In this document: positions 50,855-62,752 of the stretch, in pieces
How positions within the stretch are numbered: position 1 is the first letter of the stretch
How the letters are laid out: each line of letters starts with the position of its first letter
Assembly (NCBI GenBank): GCA_973895155.1
Contig: OZ316898.1
Span: 10,747,755 to 10,811,754, forward strand
From: Marsupella aquatica
Taxonomy: Eukaryota > Plantae > Marchantiophyta
DNA: 64,000 nucleotides
Reading direction: 5' to 3'
The notes under the pieces: generated by a model
The model's input: the letters and a program-made list of their open reading frames with translations, nothing else
Databases searched by the model: none
What the model was told of the DNA's origin: nothing
Position numbers and translations under genes: made by a program

Positions 50855-53442
50855 TTAGCCACGCGCAACTCTACCTGCTGCAACTCTACTAATTTTGTCA
50901 CCAAGACCCAGCTTACACCTTACTATGTGGTCACATGACCCTTGTCCTGGAGTATGTGCAACAGTCCTAACTAGGAAAAGTGAATGATCAAACCCACATG
51001 CAACCTGTAGTGTTCGCCAAAAACCCAAATATTCATTTGGGAAAGGATAGGGCTCATCACTTGGACTGTCTAAACCAAGTCTCCCGTTCTTCCCACTGCC
51101 CCAAGTCCAAACCTGCCTTTTTGAGCTCAATCCAGCAGAGTGCACCCTGCCTGCCGCTAACCTAACTAACTTCTCTTCTCCAAGACCTTCCACCAATCCA
51201 GGTACACTGGGATCTCCAGCCCTCCCGAGCTGGGACCCTGAATTCCATCCCCAAGAGAAGAGAGATCCTTGAGCTTCCTCGTCAGTTTCTTTTTCCCACT
51301 TCGTAAGAAGCTTGACTAGTTCAGGAGGAGGTCTTTTTCCAGGTGCATGGGGATTCAAAGCAATCGCCAACGAATGGCCTAGCCCTGCGGCACATGATAG
51401 AATCTTTGAATTTCCATCAGGAAACTCGACACAGTCAACAAGCTCATTGCTCTGTGGCCTTCCCAACTGACCAAGAGAATTGTCACCGAAACTGTAAAGG
51501 TTCCCTGTTTCTGAACCGGAGAGCACCAAAGGGCAAATTCAGTACCACTACGATTATCTGAAAAAAGTTGAACCCTAAACAATCCCCCTCTCCATGTCCC
51601 CATCTCCGGTTGAAAGGGATAGGACAAAACAGAAGACAACAGAAGTCTACTAGCTAAGAAGCAATGAAGAGCCAAAGGAGTATGAAAGAGAAGAGTTGAG
51701 AAAGTACCGGACAGCGCAAGGGAATGATCCATACCACACGCCACTTGTATTACTCTTTCATGTGCTAGAGCCTCCACGCGACGTGGTTCCCATACAGGAA
51801 CTACTGTTTTTTCCTTTTGCAACATTTCGCTCATGTTCCTGTCGACAACTTCTGCATTATCAGAGCTGCTAAAACCTCCCGAATCCTGAGAGCCCTCTTT
51901 CGGCTCTAGACGTCCTCCCCGAACAGGCTGCTGTAATTCTGGATTGAATCCAAGACGCCCATCTGCAGCATAACCCCATGCATACAGTTCGCCATCGGTT
52001 GTGCAAACGAGTGCATGACCCCATCCTAAAGCCATCTGCAGGTAGCGCTCTCAATTAGATACTGCTGGAGTAAGACTAAAGACAAGTTGCAATGGGTTTT
52101 CGTTGAGATGACTCCACCATTTTCTTTCTCATGCTTCCATGAAGAATTAAACTCGTCATGCAAATGGCAATTCAAATTATACTCGATCCTGTTTGACTGA
52201 GTTGGATACACAGTATAACACATTTGAGAATCTCAAATATCTGGTCCTACGCGAAGATGAAAACATTTTGGATCTCTATTTGCACATGGGCGGACACCAA
52301 ATTATGTATCTAACACAAGTAGCACTAGACAGTTTTGCACCAGCTGGAAGGGCACAGTCATTCTCTCTCGTATACGTTTGTCAAACGTTCTTGCCGGTTC
52401 AGTAAATATTTAAATCCTGAAGTTCTCCGTTACGTACTCCCTGCTTGGAGGAGTTTCAACAGTAGCAAAGTAATTTCCTGGAAAGGGATGAGAGGCAGTA
52501 ACCTGAGATACTACCCGGCCTTCTAAAGCGACCACCTGCTCAGGAGTTTTGGATTGAATCACATCACGACCTAGTCCAAGTTGGCCTCGCTTGGAGGTTC
52601 CCCAGGACCATACAGAACCGTCCTTAGCCAGCGCCATAGAGACTACTCCTGAGCCTGCAACATCGGTAACTTGGACGTTCTCTAGTCCTTTTACTCTTTG
52701 AGGTTGATCCCATTCTTGTCTGGCAATTCGTCTGGTGTCAGTTTCTTTTCATCCGCTCCAACCAAAGCCTTGCACAAACGAATTTAAGGGCCTTGCCTAC
52801 TGTCTCTTAAACCAATTCGAAAGCTGTAAAGCAACAACGCTAGCAAAGAATCTGTCCACTGTTCAAAGAAATGGCAAACCTGGAATTCCCGCCTCGAGGA
52901 CCAAGCTGGCCCTCGGAATTTCTCCCCCAGGCCCATACCTCCCCGTTTTCAGTGATAGCTAGGGTATGATAGTGTCCAGCTGCCACCTTCAAGACATTAG
53001 GACGGAGCCCCTCTATGATCGCTGGGGAAAAACAGTCACTCAAGTAGCCCTCGTTGCGGTGTCCGAGCGCTCCACTGCTTCCATCACCAAAGCTCATCAC
53101 CCGAGTTTCATACCTCACGCTAGGTATGGTCATCTCGGCTGTGTAGTCCCTATTGATGTCATATGTGGTCTCGTCCAGATTAAACTTTGTGCTTATGGAT
53201 CTACCTGGAAATACATCAAATAAGCCAAAAAAACTTGTTTCAAATCACCCAGAACAGTACTCTTTGAAGGACACATGGTTGGGAAATACGATGCCGAGAT
53301 AATTGACTCATGCTTCAACCCCAAAGATTATACCTTTGGCAATGTGCCGGAGCTCGAGGATGCAAGGAGATGTCTGCCAGAAAGGCAATCCATTGCTTCT
53401 AGTCGCTTGCCTCCAGAGCCTGTTTGCCGCCCGGATCGTCAT
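50855..53442 (-). CDS. RCC1/UVR8-repeat protein with organellar (mitochondrial-type) presequence, similar to Arabidopsis RCC1/UVR8/GEF-like 2, 544 aa, 5 exons
   Basis: Exons 53442-53334, 53204-52880, 52719-52503, 52035-51708, 51510-50855; total 1635 nt. Arg-rich N-terminus MTIRAANRLWRQATR. Repeats VMSFGDGSSGALG, AGHYHTLA..WAWGRNSEGQLG, WSWGTSKRGQLG, LGWGHAL..WGYAADGRLG, CGMDHSLA, AGLGHSLA, WGWNSGSQLG, AGRVHS..WGSGKNGRLG, CGFDHSL. Extreme C-terminus less certain. Confidence 0.88.
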
Positions 53443-53444
53443 GT

Positions 53445-53905
53445 CTTCTGAACGTACAATCACGATATTGAGAGCACGACGGGCTCAATGAGAAGCACAA
53501 ATCTTCACCCACGATCCCTTTGCAAATTCATGCCTGGAAACCTGGCACCTTTTGCAACAAGTCAGGAATCACTCCCGATCACTTATGATTAGCGAAAACA
53601 TAGGAAGCAAGAATGGGGCCTGCACAGTCCCCACATTACTGACCATCTCAGCTCATAAGCTAGGCGGGAATCTCAAAGTATCGGTTTTACAAGTCAATCC
53701 GGAGGGTCCTTTATTTTCGAGTTCTGCAACAATTGACCTATTGGACATTGCTGCAGGTTCTCATTAGATCCACAAAGCAGCAAAGCAACTTCTCCTTACC
53801 TTTCGTTTTCTCGTTGATTACGAGCATCGTACCCAAGAATTCGACCAAACGAAAGGGCTCCTCGTATGGTGACTGTTCTGCCGCCATGTCTGTTGTCTCA
53901 AGCCC
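53445..53905. repeat. left arm of a diverged inverted repeat (RCC1 gene 5' leader)
   Basis: Reverse complement aligns across its length with 56961-57406, e.g. ATCTTCACCCACGATCCCTTTGCAAA, ATTACTGACCATCTCAGCT and GTTTTCTCGTTGATTAC.AGCATCGTACCC. Confidence 0.88.
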
Positions 53906-54215
53906 TCCGTTGCCTCTATCTCGTTGAAATCCATCCTCTATCTCGTCAAAATCAATGAATCTCGTCCAATTTGCGAATATATGGGTGTATCCACTACAAT
54001 GGCCTCGCTAATCGATACCCAACTCTGCTCTGCTCTGGTTTACTCTTCGCCTGCGCTCTAGCGAACTGATTGCCGACCGGCGATCAAAATTGCAGACAAG
54101 AACTAATTCCCAACTTGAACCTTGCCTTTCTCGAAAACATGGACAACATCTTCTCTCCCTTTGAATTCTCCTCGTCCTAGAAGCAAAACTTGGAAATGAG
54201 GCCAGCAATGTACAA

Positions 54216-54255
54216 TACAGCACGGCACAGCACAGCACAGTACAGCACAGCACAG
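54216..54255. repeat. (CACAG)n pentanucleotide microsatellite, ~8 units
   Basis: TACAGCACGGCACAGCACAGCACAGTACAGCACAGCACAG in the divergent RCC1/SIVA intergenic region. Confidence 0.85.
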
Positions 54256-55782
54256 ACCACTCACTCTGGCTGTGCGCAGGTCACTCATCCCTCACTGAAA
54301 CGCCCCCACACTGAGCTCGACCGTCATCGTGACAACAAATGCAACGTCGGACGGCGTGTAGAGCACAACCAACTCCACTTCTGACCCGTCAGTCGGAATC
54401 GATGCAAAAACACCCAATAAACCAACTCACTCCACCATCCGCACGCCAATTAATCAAAGTGAATGATTAAATCAACGTGACTCGCACAAACATTCCCACC
54501 GGTTGTTGTTTCTCTGATTACAAATGGAGATCGACTGATTGATCACTCCATCATCCCCAATAATGCAAGTCGAGTCGAGCGGTCGGAACAGGCGATTCTT
54601 CTTCAGCACGAATATGAAAAGTCGGGCGATAAACACTTAATTCTTCTGCGGAGCGGCCTCCTCTGCCCTCCTCTAGTCCTCCGTTTCTCCGAAATCGTGG
54701 TCCTGGCTCAGCTGAGCGTACCTGCACAAATCGACCGATCGGTCACTGCAACCCGTGGGAAGAAGAGGAAGGTGGGATTATGGTTTGTGTTCTCGTTGCA
54801 AATTCTCTAGACAGAGAATCTCACACCAAGCCAAAAACTTCCAATTGATTTCCACCGGAAACATGGACATGGCGATGACCGGAGTCCAGAAAGACAATAA
54901 GCTAACCTCATCAAAAATCGAAAACCTCACAAGCCATTCGGCAAAAACGTCACGATGATCCGTTTTGCACCGCTCACCATGTGAGACACACTAGAAAATC
55001 TCACCATTCAAACCTCCGACACCAACCACCTATACTAAAACTCACATCACCGCAGCAACCAAACCAAAAATGTCGATCAAAACGCCACAAACTTCTCCCT
55101 CCCTTCCCCCTCCCACTTTCCGCCCTCACCGATTACTCTGATTTCTGTGCAAGTTTGAATGTATATACTAAAAGTCAAATTAAAGTGTTTTATTGTTCTT
55201 TATACATGTACATTTATTTGTATTTATAAAACAATTTTAATTAATGCCCAGTTCACAGAATCTGCTTGGGCTTCAAGTCTCATCGAAGTTCAGTAAACTC
55301 AATTCGCCAGAGACGTAATGTGGAGAGGTCAAGAGGGGGCTTTTCAGTCTCATCAAGGAAACACAAATAAGCCAGATTCCGAAGGCAAAGGAGGGCGTCT
55401 AGTCTCTGTGTGTTTGGGTTGCTGACGAATTGGACTTGAGAAATCCAGGAAACAGGATCGCCATTGGTGCCAAGCTAACGTTGTGGGCGATTTCTCCAAA
55501 GACAGAGCGGGGTCTGAGATGAAGTGCGTTTTCAATTTGTTCAATTGCTCTCCCATGACACGAGTTAAAAGTTCAGAAGATGATCTGTTCAAGACCTGAG
55601 CCTGAGCTGCGATGAGATGAGGGGTCAAATGTCAAGGGTCCCGAGTCAGCTAATTCATCCGAAAGAGGCGGAAATTCAGCAGAGGGAAAATGTTTAGGGT
55701 TTAGTTCAATAGAGGAGATGAGATTAGAGCTGGCTTGAGTTAGGGAGGGAATTCATGCGGGAGCAGCAGCAAGGGAAGCTGC

Positions 55783-56409
55783 ATGTCCGGATCAAAGCGC
55801 GCACGTCCTCTCGGATATGCGGAAGGTGCGGGAAGTCGAGAGCCATCAGCCAAGGTTCTCAAAGAAGACACTGTCGCCATATATGAATCAACTCTTAGTA
55901 AACTCAAGCTCGGCGCTGCTCGTGCTGCGGCATCAACAACCGGCGGGAATCTACGAGCAAATGCCTCCTCCTTTTCACAAGTGGGAAAGCAACAACAACA
56001 ACAACAACATGGTTGCGAAAATGGAAGCAACAGGAATGGAGTTCTTGCACGTTGCCAGATGCAACAAGGCTTGGTTAGGGTTGCGTCCGATTCTGCAATG
56101 TCGATGAATGGGGTCCCGATCACAACTATTCAGCGTAAATCCAGCCCCTGTCCCTGCTATGTTTGTGTAGCTCGGGAATCTGCCAGTGCATGCTTCCATT
56201 GCTCGCGAGGGTGCTGTCAGCAGTGCAGCAGAAGGTGCGAGGGCTGCCAAGAACTTTTTTGTTCTATTTGCTCCACTTCTAATTACAACGAACGTTATGA
56301 CCGGATCTTTTGCTTCGATTGCAACACAAAAGCATCATGCAACCAATGTACGAATTTGCGGTTTCAATCCATCTGCAACGACGAGGCTATGGATATGGAT
56401 TGGCTATAG
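55783..56409 (+). CDS. SIVA-like (apoptosis regulatory protein Siva family) zinc-finger protein, 208 aa, intronless
   Basis: N-terminal KRARP and IYESTLSKLKLGA (SIVA1: KRSCP, VFEKTKRLLFLGA). C-terminal CYVC..CFHCSRGCCQQCSRRCEGCQELFCSICSTSNYNERYDRIFCFDC has the SIVA Cys spacing. Poly-Q tract. Confidence 0.8.
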   Translation: MSGSKRARPLGYAEGAGSREPSAKVLKEDTVAIYESTLSKLKLGAARAAASTTGGNLRANASSFSQVGKQQQQQQHGCENGSNRNGVLARCQMQQGLVRVASDSAMSMNGVPITTIQRKSSPCPCYVCVARESASACFHCSRGCCQQCSRRCEGCQELFCSICSTSNYNERYDRIFCFDCNTKASCNQCTNLRFQSICNDEAMDMDWL

Positions 56410-56960
56410 GCTTTTGTTTATATCGTCCTTGTTGTGAGTTGAATTCACAGTTTTGCAGAGAAAGAAAGAATGAGTGAACGAATGGTTTTCAAGGTTATTC
56501 CTTTTTTGGCAGTACCATATCTGGGTATCGGACCTCCCATCTCCTTGCTTGCATTACAATTGTGGAGAGCAGATTGTTTGTTCTGTTCATGGTGTAGGGA
56601 CACTGGATTAATCTTTCCAGACCTATAAGCACGAAGTGAAAATAGATTTAGTGCCACCCCCAGCGACAGGAAATCCTCTGGAGTTTGTCACAAGGGTGCT
56701 TTTGGGAACCAGCCCAAGCTTGAAAGAAAAGGAGCGCCACCCCCTAAAGATAGTAAACTCTGAGGAGTTTGTTTGTCACGAGGGTGATGTCGGGAGCGAG
56801 CGAGTTCTGCGGTGCTCAGATGGATAAATGTGTGATGTCCTCTGTTCCAAAATGTTTCTGGGGGGTATTGTTTAGTAAGCAGCAGTACGTGGTCTACATC
56901 TTGCAGACCATTGTGAATCTATAGAGGTTACATGCCTTCTGTGGAAAGCTCCCCAGCGTT

Positions 56961-57406
56961 GGCTTTGGGGACTACAGTCATGGCAGCACGACAGTCACAG
57001 TTTGGTCGAACTCTCGGGTACGATGCTGGTAATCAACGAGAAAACAAAACTTAAGCAGAAGTTGCTCTGCTGCTTTGTGGGTCTAGTGAGATCCTGCAGC
57101 AATGTTACAATGGCTCAATTGTGACAGAAACTCGAAAATGAAGGACCCTGCATAGTGACTAGTCAGACATCTACTTTAAGATTCGCTGGCTTGTTAGCTG
57201 AGATGGTCAGTAATCTGGGAATTGTACAGGCCCCTTTCTCTCTTCCTATGTATTGGCGAATATCAATGATCGGAAGAGTGATTGCTGACTTGTGGCAAAA
57301 GGTGCAAGGTTTCCAGGCATGAATTTTGCAAAGGGATCGTGGGTGAAGATTTATGCTTCTCATTAAGCCCTTCGCGCTCTCAATATCTTGACTGTACTTT
57401 CAGAAG
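56961..57406. repeat. right arm of the inverted repeat (copy of the RCC1 gene leader)
   Basis: Matches the reverse complement of 53445-53905; homology stops at CAGAAG, two nt short of the RCC1 ATG equivalent. Confidence 0.88.
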
Positions 57407-58760
57407 TCTCGGTTCGGGTTTGGTGTCATTTTTGTGGGTGGAAATACACATCTTACCCCTGTTATTTTCAATGCATTCAGTGTTCCAGTGGAAGGACTTT
57501 TGTGTTGTAATTGTTTCGATATCGGTAGCATTTGCACAAGCAGACATGCCAGAAAATCCATTAAGAGGGCATGATGAAGCTTGATTGAGGACATTATAGT
57601 AAGGGAAAAGTTTTGAATGCCTTGATTCTCACGCAATTAACCAAATCAAGGACATGACCATAGAACACATTCTTCTAAAAACCAAAGCCATGTCTCTTTG
57701 GGAAGTCTAACGAAAACCAGAATCCTGTCACTACCTTCCAGCCGATTTAAACAGAACAGATAATGAGACTGTCGCGAGGCGAACTGTCTCTTGCAGGATG
57801 GACCTCGAAGGAAGGACCCCCTTATTTAGATCCTGTTGGCTTGCTGGAAAAATCAATCCTGTTGGAGAGTGTTAAGCGAGGTGAATCTACACTAGATCCT
57901 GAACCTTGCCGGCCACCTAGGGGAAGAAGTTGATCCTCGAGTGTGCTCCTGCATTTACATCACTTAAAGAAAATATCACAGCCATTTAACTCAACAGCCC
58001 AAACATTCTTAAAATCAAAGGAGAAGAAGTGAATTGAATAAATGTTCACGACACAAAATGTCATCAGGTCTACACCTAAAGAACATGAATATCCCAACAA
58101 CACAGACAAATCTCACTTCAGATACGAAAAGAGCTTGGTACGCAGAGAATCCAATTGTTCAAGAAGCGAGATCAGACTTGTTTACTTTCAGTTGCCAGCC
58201 ATCTGGCCCTTACAGCTCTCTCCGGTACCCAATTAGGGTCTCAGTGGAATCTTAAATCTGTTCATTATAATTCAACTCCACTTTTCTGAACACAATCTTG
58301 CAGCACCTCAACTGTCCTGACTTTGTTTTGCATTGAGGACGCTACAACTTGCCATCTAAATAAAGCGTTCTATATGAAACGTTATGGATGAAGTAGTCGT
58401 TCTGCAGAAAATTGATTGAAAGTCGTGATACCCTAACTGGGGTTCAGCTTCCTTGATGACAGGACAAACCCAGTTGTCAAGTTTGGTTCATAATTCATAT
58501 GTCAAGTTGATATTGTGTAAGGTCTGCCTCACGGTACCAGAATTCTCAGTACCATAGTATATCAAATTCCTGCACATGCTTGGACCTCCACTTTCCAGAC
58601 TGAGTACCCTGGTCAAGGCTTCCCATAACTAGTATAATACAGTAGTTTTCATAATAAGTACCAACGTAAGGTTAGAGAAGGATTGCTTAATGCATTATAT
58701 AGACACGCCGTTACATGTGGTGAGAGATGAAGCTAAGCAGGAATTACGGAAAGAGTAAGG

Positions 58761-61307
58761 TCATTGTCTCCTCCTTTTCCTCGGTGCACTAGTATAAGTA
58801 GGTCCACCCAGAAACTTGGCAGCATCAGTGACGGCCTCTGTAGGGGGCTGCAAAGAGCTACTTTGAGCAACAGGGACATTCGATTTCCCGTTGGTCTGAT
58901 TAAAATCATGGGTTGGTGAATGGGAGGGGCCACGATCCACACTGGAAATATCTGCGGTGGGTGAATCTGCAGGCAAGATCTCTGTTGCTCCACTGTCTTG
59001 ATCAGCATCTTCCTCAGTAGTTTCCGTTAATGTGTCCCGTTTAGAAGCATCGTTGTCTTCGTTATCGTCCTCATCCTCTCTGTCGGTTTCTTCAAACTCG
59101 TCCTGACTTTCTACCTCACTTTCCACTTCATTCGTCACTGTATGCGGTATTGACAGAATTTGCTCCTTCAGTGCACGATTTTTCTCCTTTTTTGCGTTGA
59201 GAACCGCCACGAACTGTACCACACATCGTAAAATCGTGCAATTATGACTCTGTCGAAAAGTCAGTACATACATCGAAACAATCCAAACTTTCCCCAATTC
59301 CACTCCCTTGGTATGCTTAGTGAGAGTGAGTAGCTCTTCTCATGGGGAGTACAAAACTTCATGAGAGGTGAGCAAACCTTTTTATATATTTCTTCTTCAA
59401 ACAGAATCTTCTCATCCCTGAATTTCTCATTTTGTGCCAAGCACCGGTCTGCCTCAGCCTTCTGTTGTTCCAAAGAACGTCTCGTCCTCTGCAATTCTTC
59501 CTGCAAGGAAACACGAGGAGAAAATGAGTTTTCTTTCGATGATTAATTTTTCTAAGGCAACAGCACATCCTGATCGATAAGTATAGAAACAGAATCCCAT
59601 CACAAGGATGGATTTACCGTTTAATTCTGTGTCTAATAATTTGATATGAGTAAAAGTTTGACCAGTGATGAGTTTGTATCCTGCGTGCCTCACGGCTTGA
59701 GGGCGTATTACTTACACTTAATCTTGAGGTCCCCCTCATTAGGAAGTCCAGAACATCGCAGGTAATTTCCTTCGGATGAAGGGACTTTTCCACCTTCCAG
59801 TTTGCCACAAGTTGAACGCCATCCCTCTCAAGCGTCCAAGACAACTACATCGAGAGCAAAAGCAGACTACTCAATATCTTACATCCTTCGTTGTCAAAAT
59901 TGATAGCCTGCGGCATGTTAATGGACGTCCGGTACAGCCAGTCATGTTTGCCGTCACTCTGTACATAAGATCTCTAGTTATGGAACCAAATCAACCTGGT
60001 AATGAACTTCAATTGAAATCAGAGATCTAGCACCTTCGACTGAGAGCTACAGTACTCAAAAATGTACAATGATTTTCACCTTTCTTGTCTCATTTCCTTG
60101 AGCGATGAACGAGTAATTAGAAGTGGAGTCCTGGACACCAAGATATTTCGCAGCTGCCTCCAGATAATCGGCGACTGTGCAGTCCCAACTGAATGCTTTC
60201 CTAGACACCTCCTCTTCCAAAACTGAAACATTCAGAATAATCCAGTGAGTCAGGTAAGGGGCCCGGGGACAGTCAGTGTTGGTACTGAACACTTTACCTG
60301 ATTTATCACAAGGTCAAGGGATTGCATAGGCCGCAAAGGAAATAAGGACAGCTACCATAGAGGTCGGCGTTGAAAAAGCTAGACTGACGTGACCAGCTCC
60401 AGCGTATAAACAACTGGAAAGCATTGTAAAATCCATTGGGCAACTTGACAGACCACAGAGTCTCAAGCACTGTGCAGATTTCAGATCTTTTTGCTCCATT
60501 TCGAGGTCAGTATTTACGTTATCCACCGATTCAACAGCTACGCAAGGTGAATGACAATCTGTGCGATTAGGAGTCTTTAAAGCCGGACCTGGAAGACAGC
60601 AAAACCTTTCGTGCCAAGGAAACAAGTAAATCAAATTATGGATTCATCTTTCAATATATAGATCACGTATTCCCAGCCATACTGCAAAATCCCCTTAGGT
60701 TCTCCTAGGGCTATCACTACTAAATATCACTAGCCCCAAATCAAGCTTGAGGCAACTTCCTTATTGTCACTTGCAGAAATTTCTGGTGGTAAACCAGCAT
60801 TACTCGAAAATGGGGTTTCTGGCTGCTCTCCACTGTCAAAGAGGAGCTGCTGCTTGTGCTGCTGAGATGCTTGGCGACCAAGGAGATGCTGCGTGCTGCA
60901 TGAAACCCAGCAAGGACCCTCATGAAGTCTTTGGAATAATTTCCTCGGGGCCTTTCACAGCGCCTCTCACTCAAGGGTTACACGGAATGGGAAGGTTGAG
61001 AGAACTCGAATTGGCTCGGGGTGGGAAAATTCTGTAGTCCACGAAGGGAGGAGATGTGCAAGCTGTCCCATCGTAATAAGGAGCAAGAATCGCAACCCAA
61101 GTACCACGTGAGGTATCTATACAATATCACTGAGTGAGTGCGTGAGTAAGTGAGTGAGTCATTACCGTCGCCAACCCAAGCATTCAAGCCGTCGGTGACC
61201 CACAAGGAGAACTTCGTCGCGAACCACCGACTCTTCACGTAGATGACTCCTCTACCCCCGGGAGCATCTGGCTGGTTTACTTCAAACCTTGCGCAGAGCT
61301 CTCCCAT
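58761..61307 (-). CDS. XRCC4: DNA repair protein XRCC4 (NHEJ, ligase IV partner), 329 aa, 5 exons
   Basis: Exons 61307-61166, 60222-60080, 59844-59716, 59500-59378, 59213-58761; total 990 nt. IYVKSRW..FSLWVTDGLNAW, LSWTLERDG, DVLDFLM, coiled coil ending FEEEIYKKFVAVLNAKKEK, acidic tail and C-terminal NLS PRKRRRQ. Confidence 0.92.
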
Positions 61308-61847
61308 GCTCACTGCTGCAACCCCAGTTTATAATTACTCGAGAACGCTTGGCAGAAATACCCCTCGCAAGCTTGCGCTATACATTGCGCTTTCCAACTT
61401 TGGGTCCACACTCCAGAGTTGTCCTGTTTCCCTAAGTCTAAATGAACGGTCTTACGTGGTGCTTTTTGTTCGTAACATTACGGAACTTTGGCCCTGGCTC
61501 CGAAAACCTGATGCGTGATGGCGACTCTTTCAACTGACTGGCCCTCGAGAGTTCGAGCACTCTTTGGAGTTGTGGACTATTTGGAAAGTGACGAACCGAA
61601 AGGGCGTGTTTGCGACGCAGAGCGAAGGGAAACACAGAAGGCCCACAATAATGGTGGATCTTGATCGAATTCAAGAGACAGTTCAGGACTTGGTCGTGTA
61701 GCTTTTGAGATTTTATCACCCATGTGATCGTGGTTTCATATCTTTGGATCGACTTGTCCTCGGCATGTTTCGTAACTCTTTGATGCTGAAGTGACGCCTA
61801 CTGTACCTCTCATGGGAGCTATCAGCGGATCTTCCTTTTGTTCCTTT

Positions 61848-61865
61848 GGGGGGGGGGGGGGGGGG
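61848..61865. repeat. poly-G homopolymer (18 G)
   Basis: G run upstream of XRCC4, read directly. Confidence 0.85.
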
Positions 61866-62752
61866 AATGGAACTCTCTTAGACCCTCAATTAAGAACCCC
61901 CATGACAAACGACTACGCGACAAGGAAGTGCATTCTGTGAGTTCTCACCGATGAGGAGGCTCGCAGCATCAATGTGGACAATTGGAAATGGAATAAATGT
62001 CAGGAATTGAAGGATCTGATGGCCATACCGACCCAATACATGGGCAAAATCTAAACAACAATTCCAAACATTCTACGAAACAGAGTTTCTCTCAAACCGT
62101 TCGTGGAATGTTTGGAGTTTTCGTGGAGGTGTTTTTTGTTACCATCAGTTCCCTTGAAGCTAGTGATGGTGATATCACCGGCATTCCACCGAGTTCCTTC
62201 TTGTACAATTTTGGAAATGCACAAAAACCCATAAAAGCCCTTTGCAGCCTTGAAACTCACTGAACGTGTTTCTAAGGGTGTTTTGAGTTTAGAATAAGGC
62301 TCGTTGCATGTCTTCCAGATTTACCTGGATTACTGTCTCCCAGAAAAGGTCACCATATTTCAGTCTTCATGTTCAGAATTGTTCGAATATGAATTCAGCG
62401 ACTCTTAGTGTCAAGAATAATGCCCGAGTAACCCAATTTTAAGCCTCACTCTCACAGGTTTGGTTCAAATCCACATAATGTTCCTCTTCGCTTAACCACT
62501 CTAGGTCCAGGAGACAAGTTGCTCATCTCGTCATCAAACTCACATTCGAGTGTCAAACGGTTTCATGAGCGAAATCCTTCAACGGTAAAGTACATAAAGG
62601 ATTGAAGTTGGCAATAACTGAGCCAGCGGACGATGAGTTCTCTGAAAAATGTTGGTCTGTACAATCACGTCTACTTCCGCTGCAGACAACGCTCAAGATG
62701 ATTGCAAAATAGTACAAAATATCCTAGAGATCTCTGCAGGAGAACAAATCGG

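Noticed and set aside
55740-56250. Antisense ORFs with poly-Cys/poly-Leu overlapping SIVA
   Set aside because: Shadow frames of the CAA poly-Gln tract.
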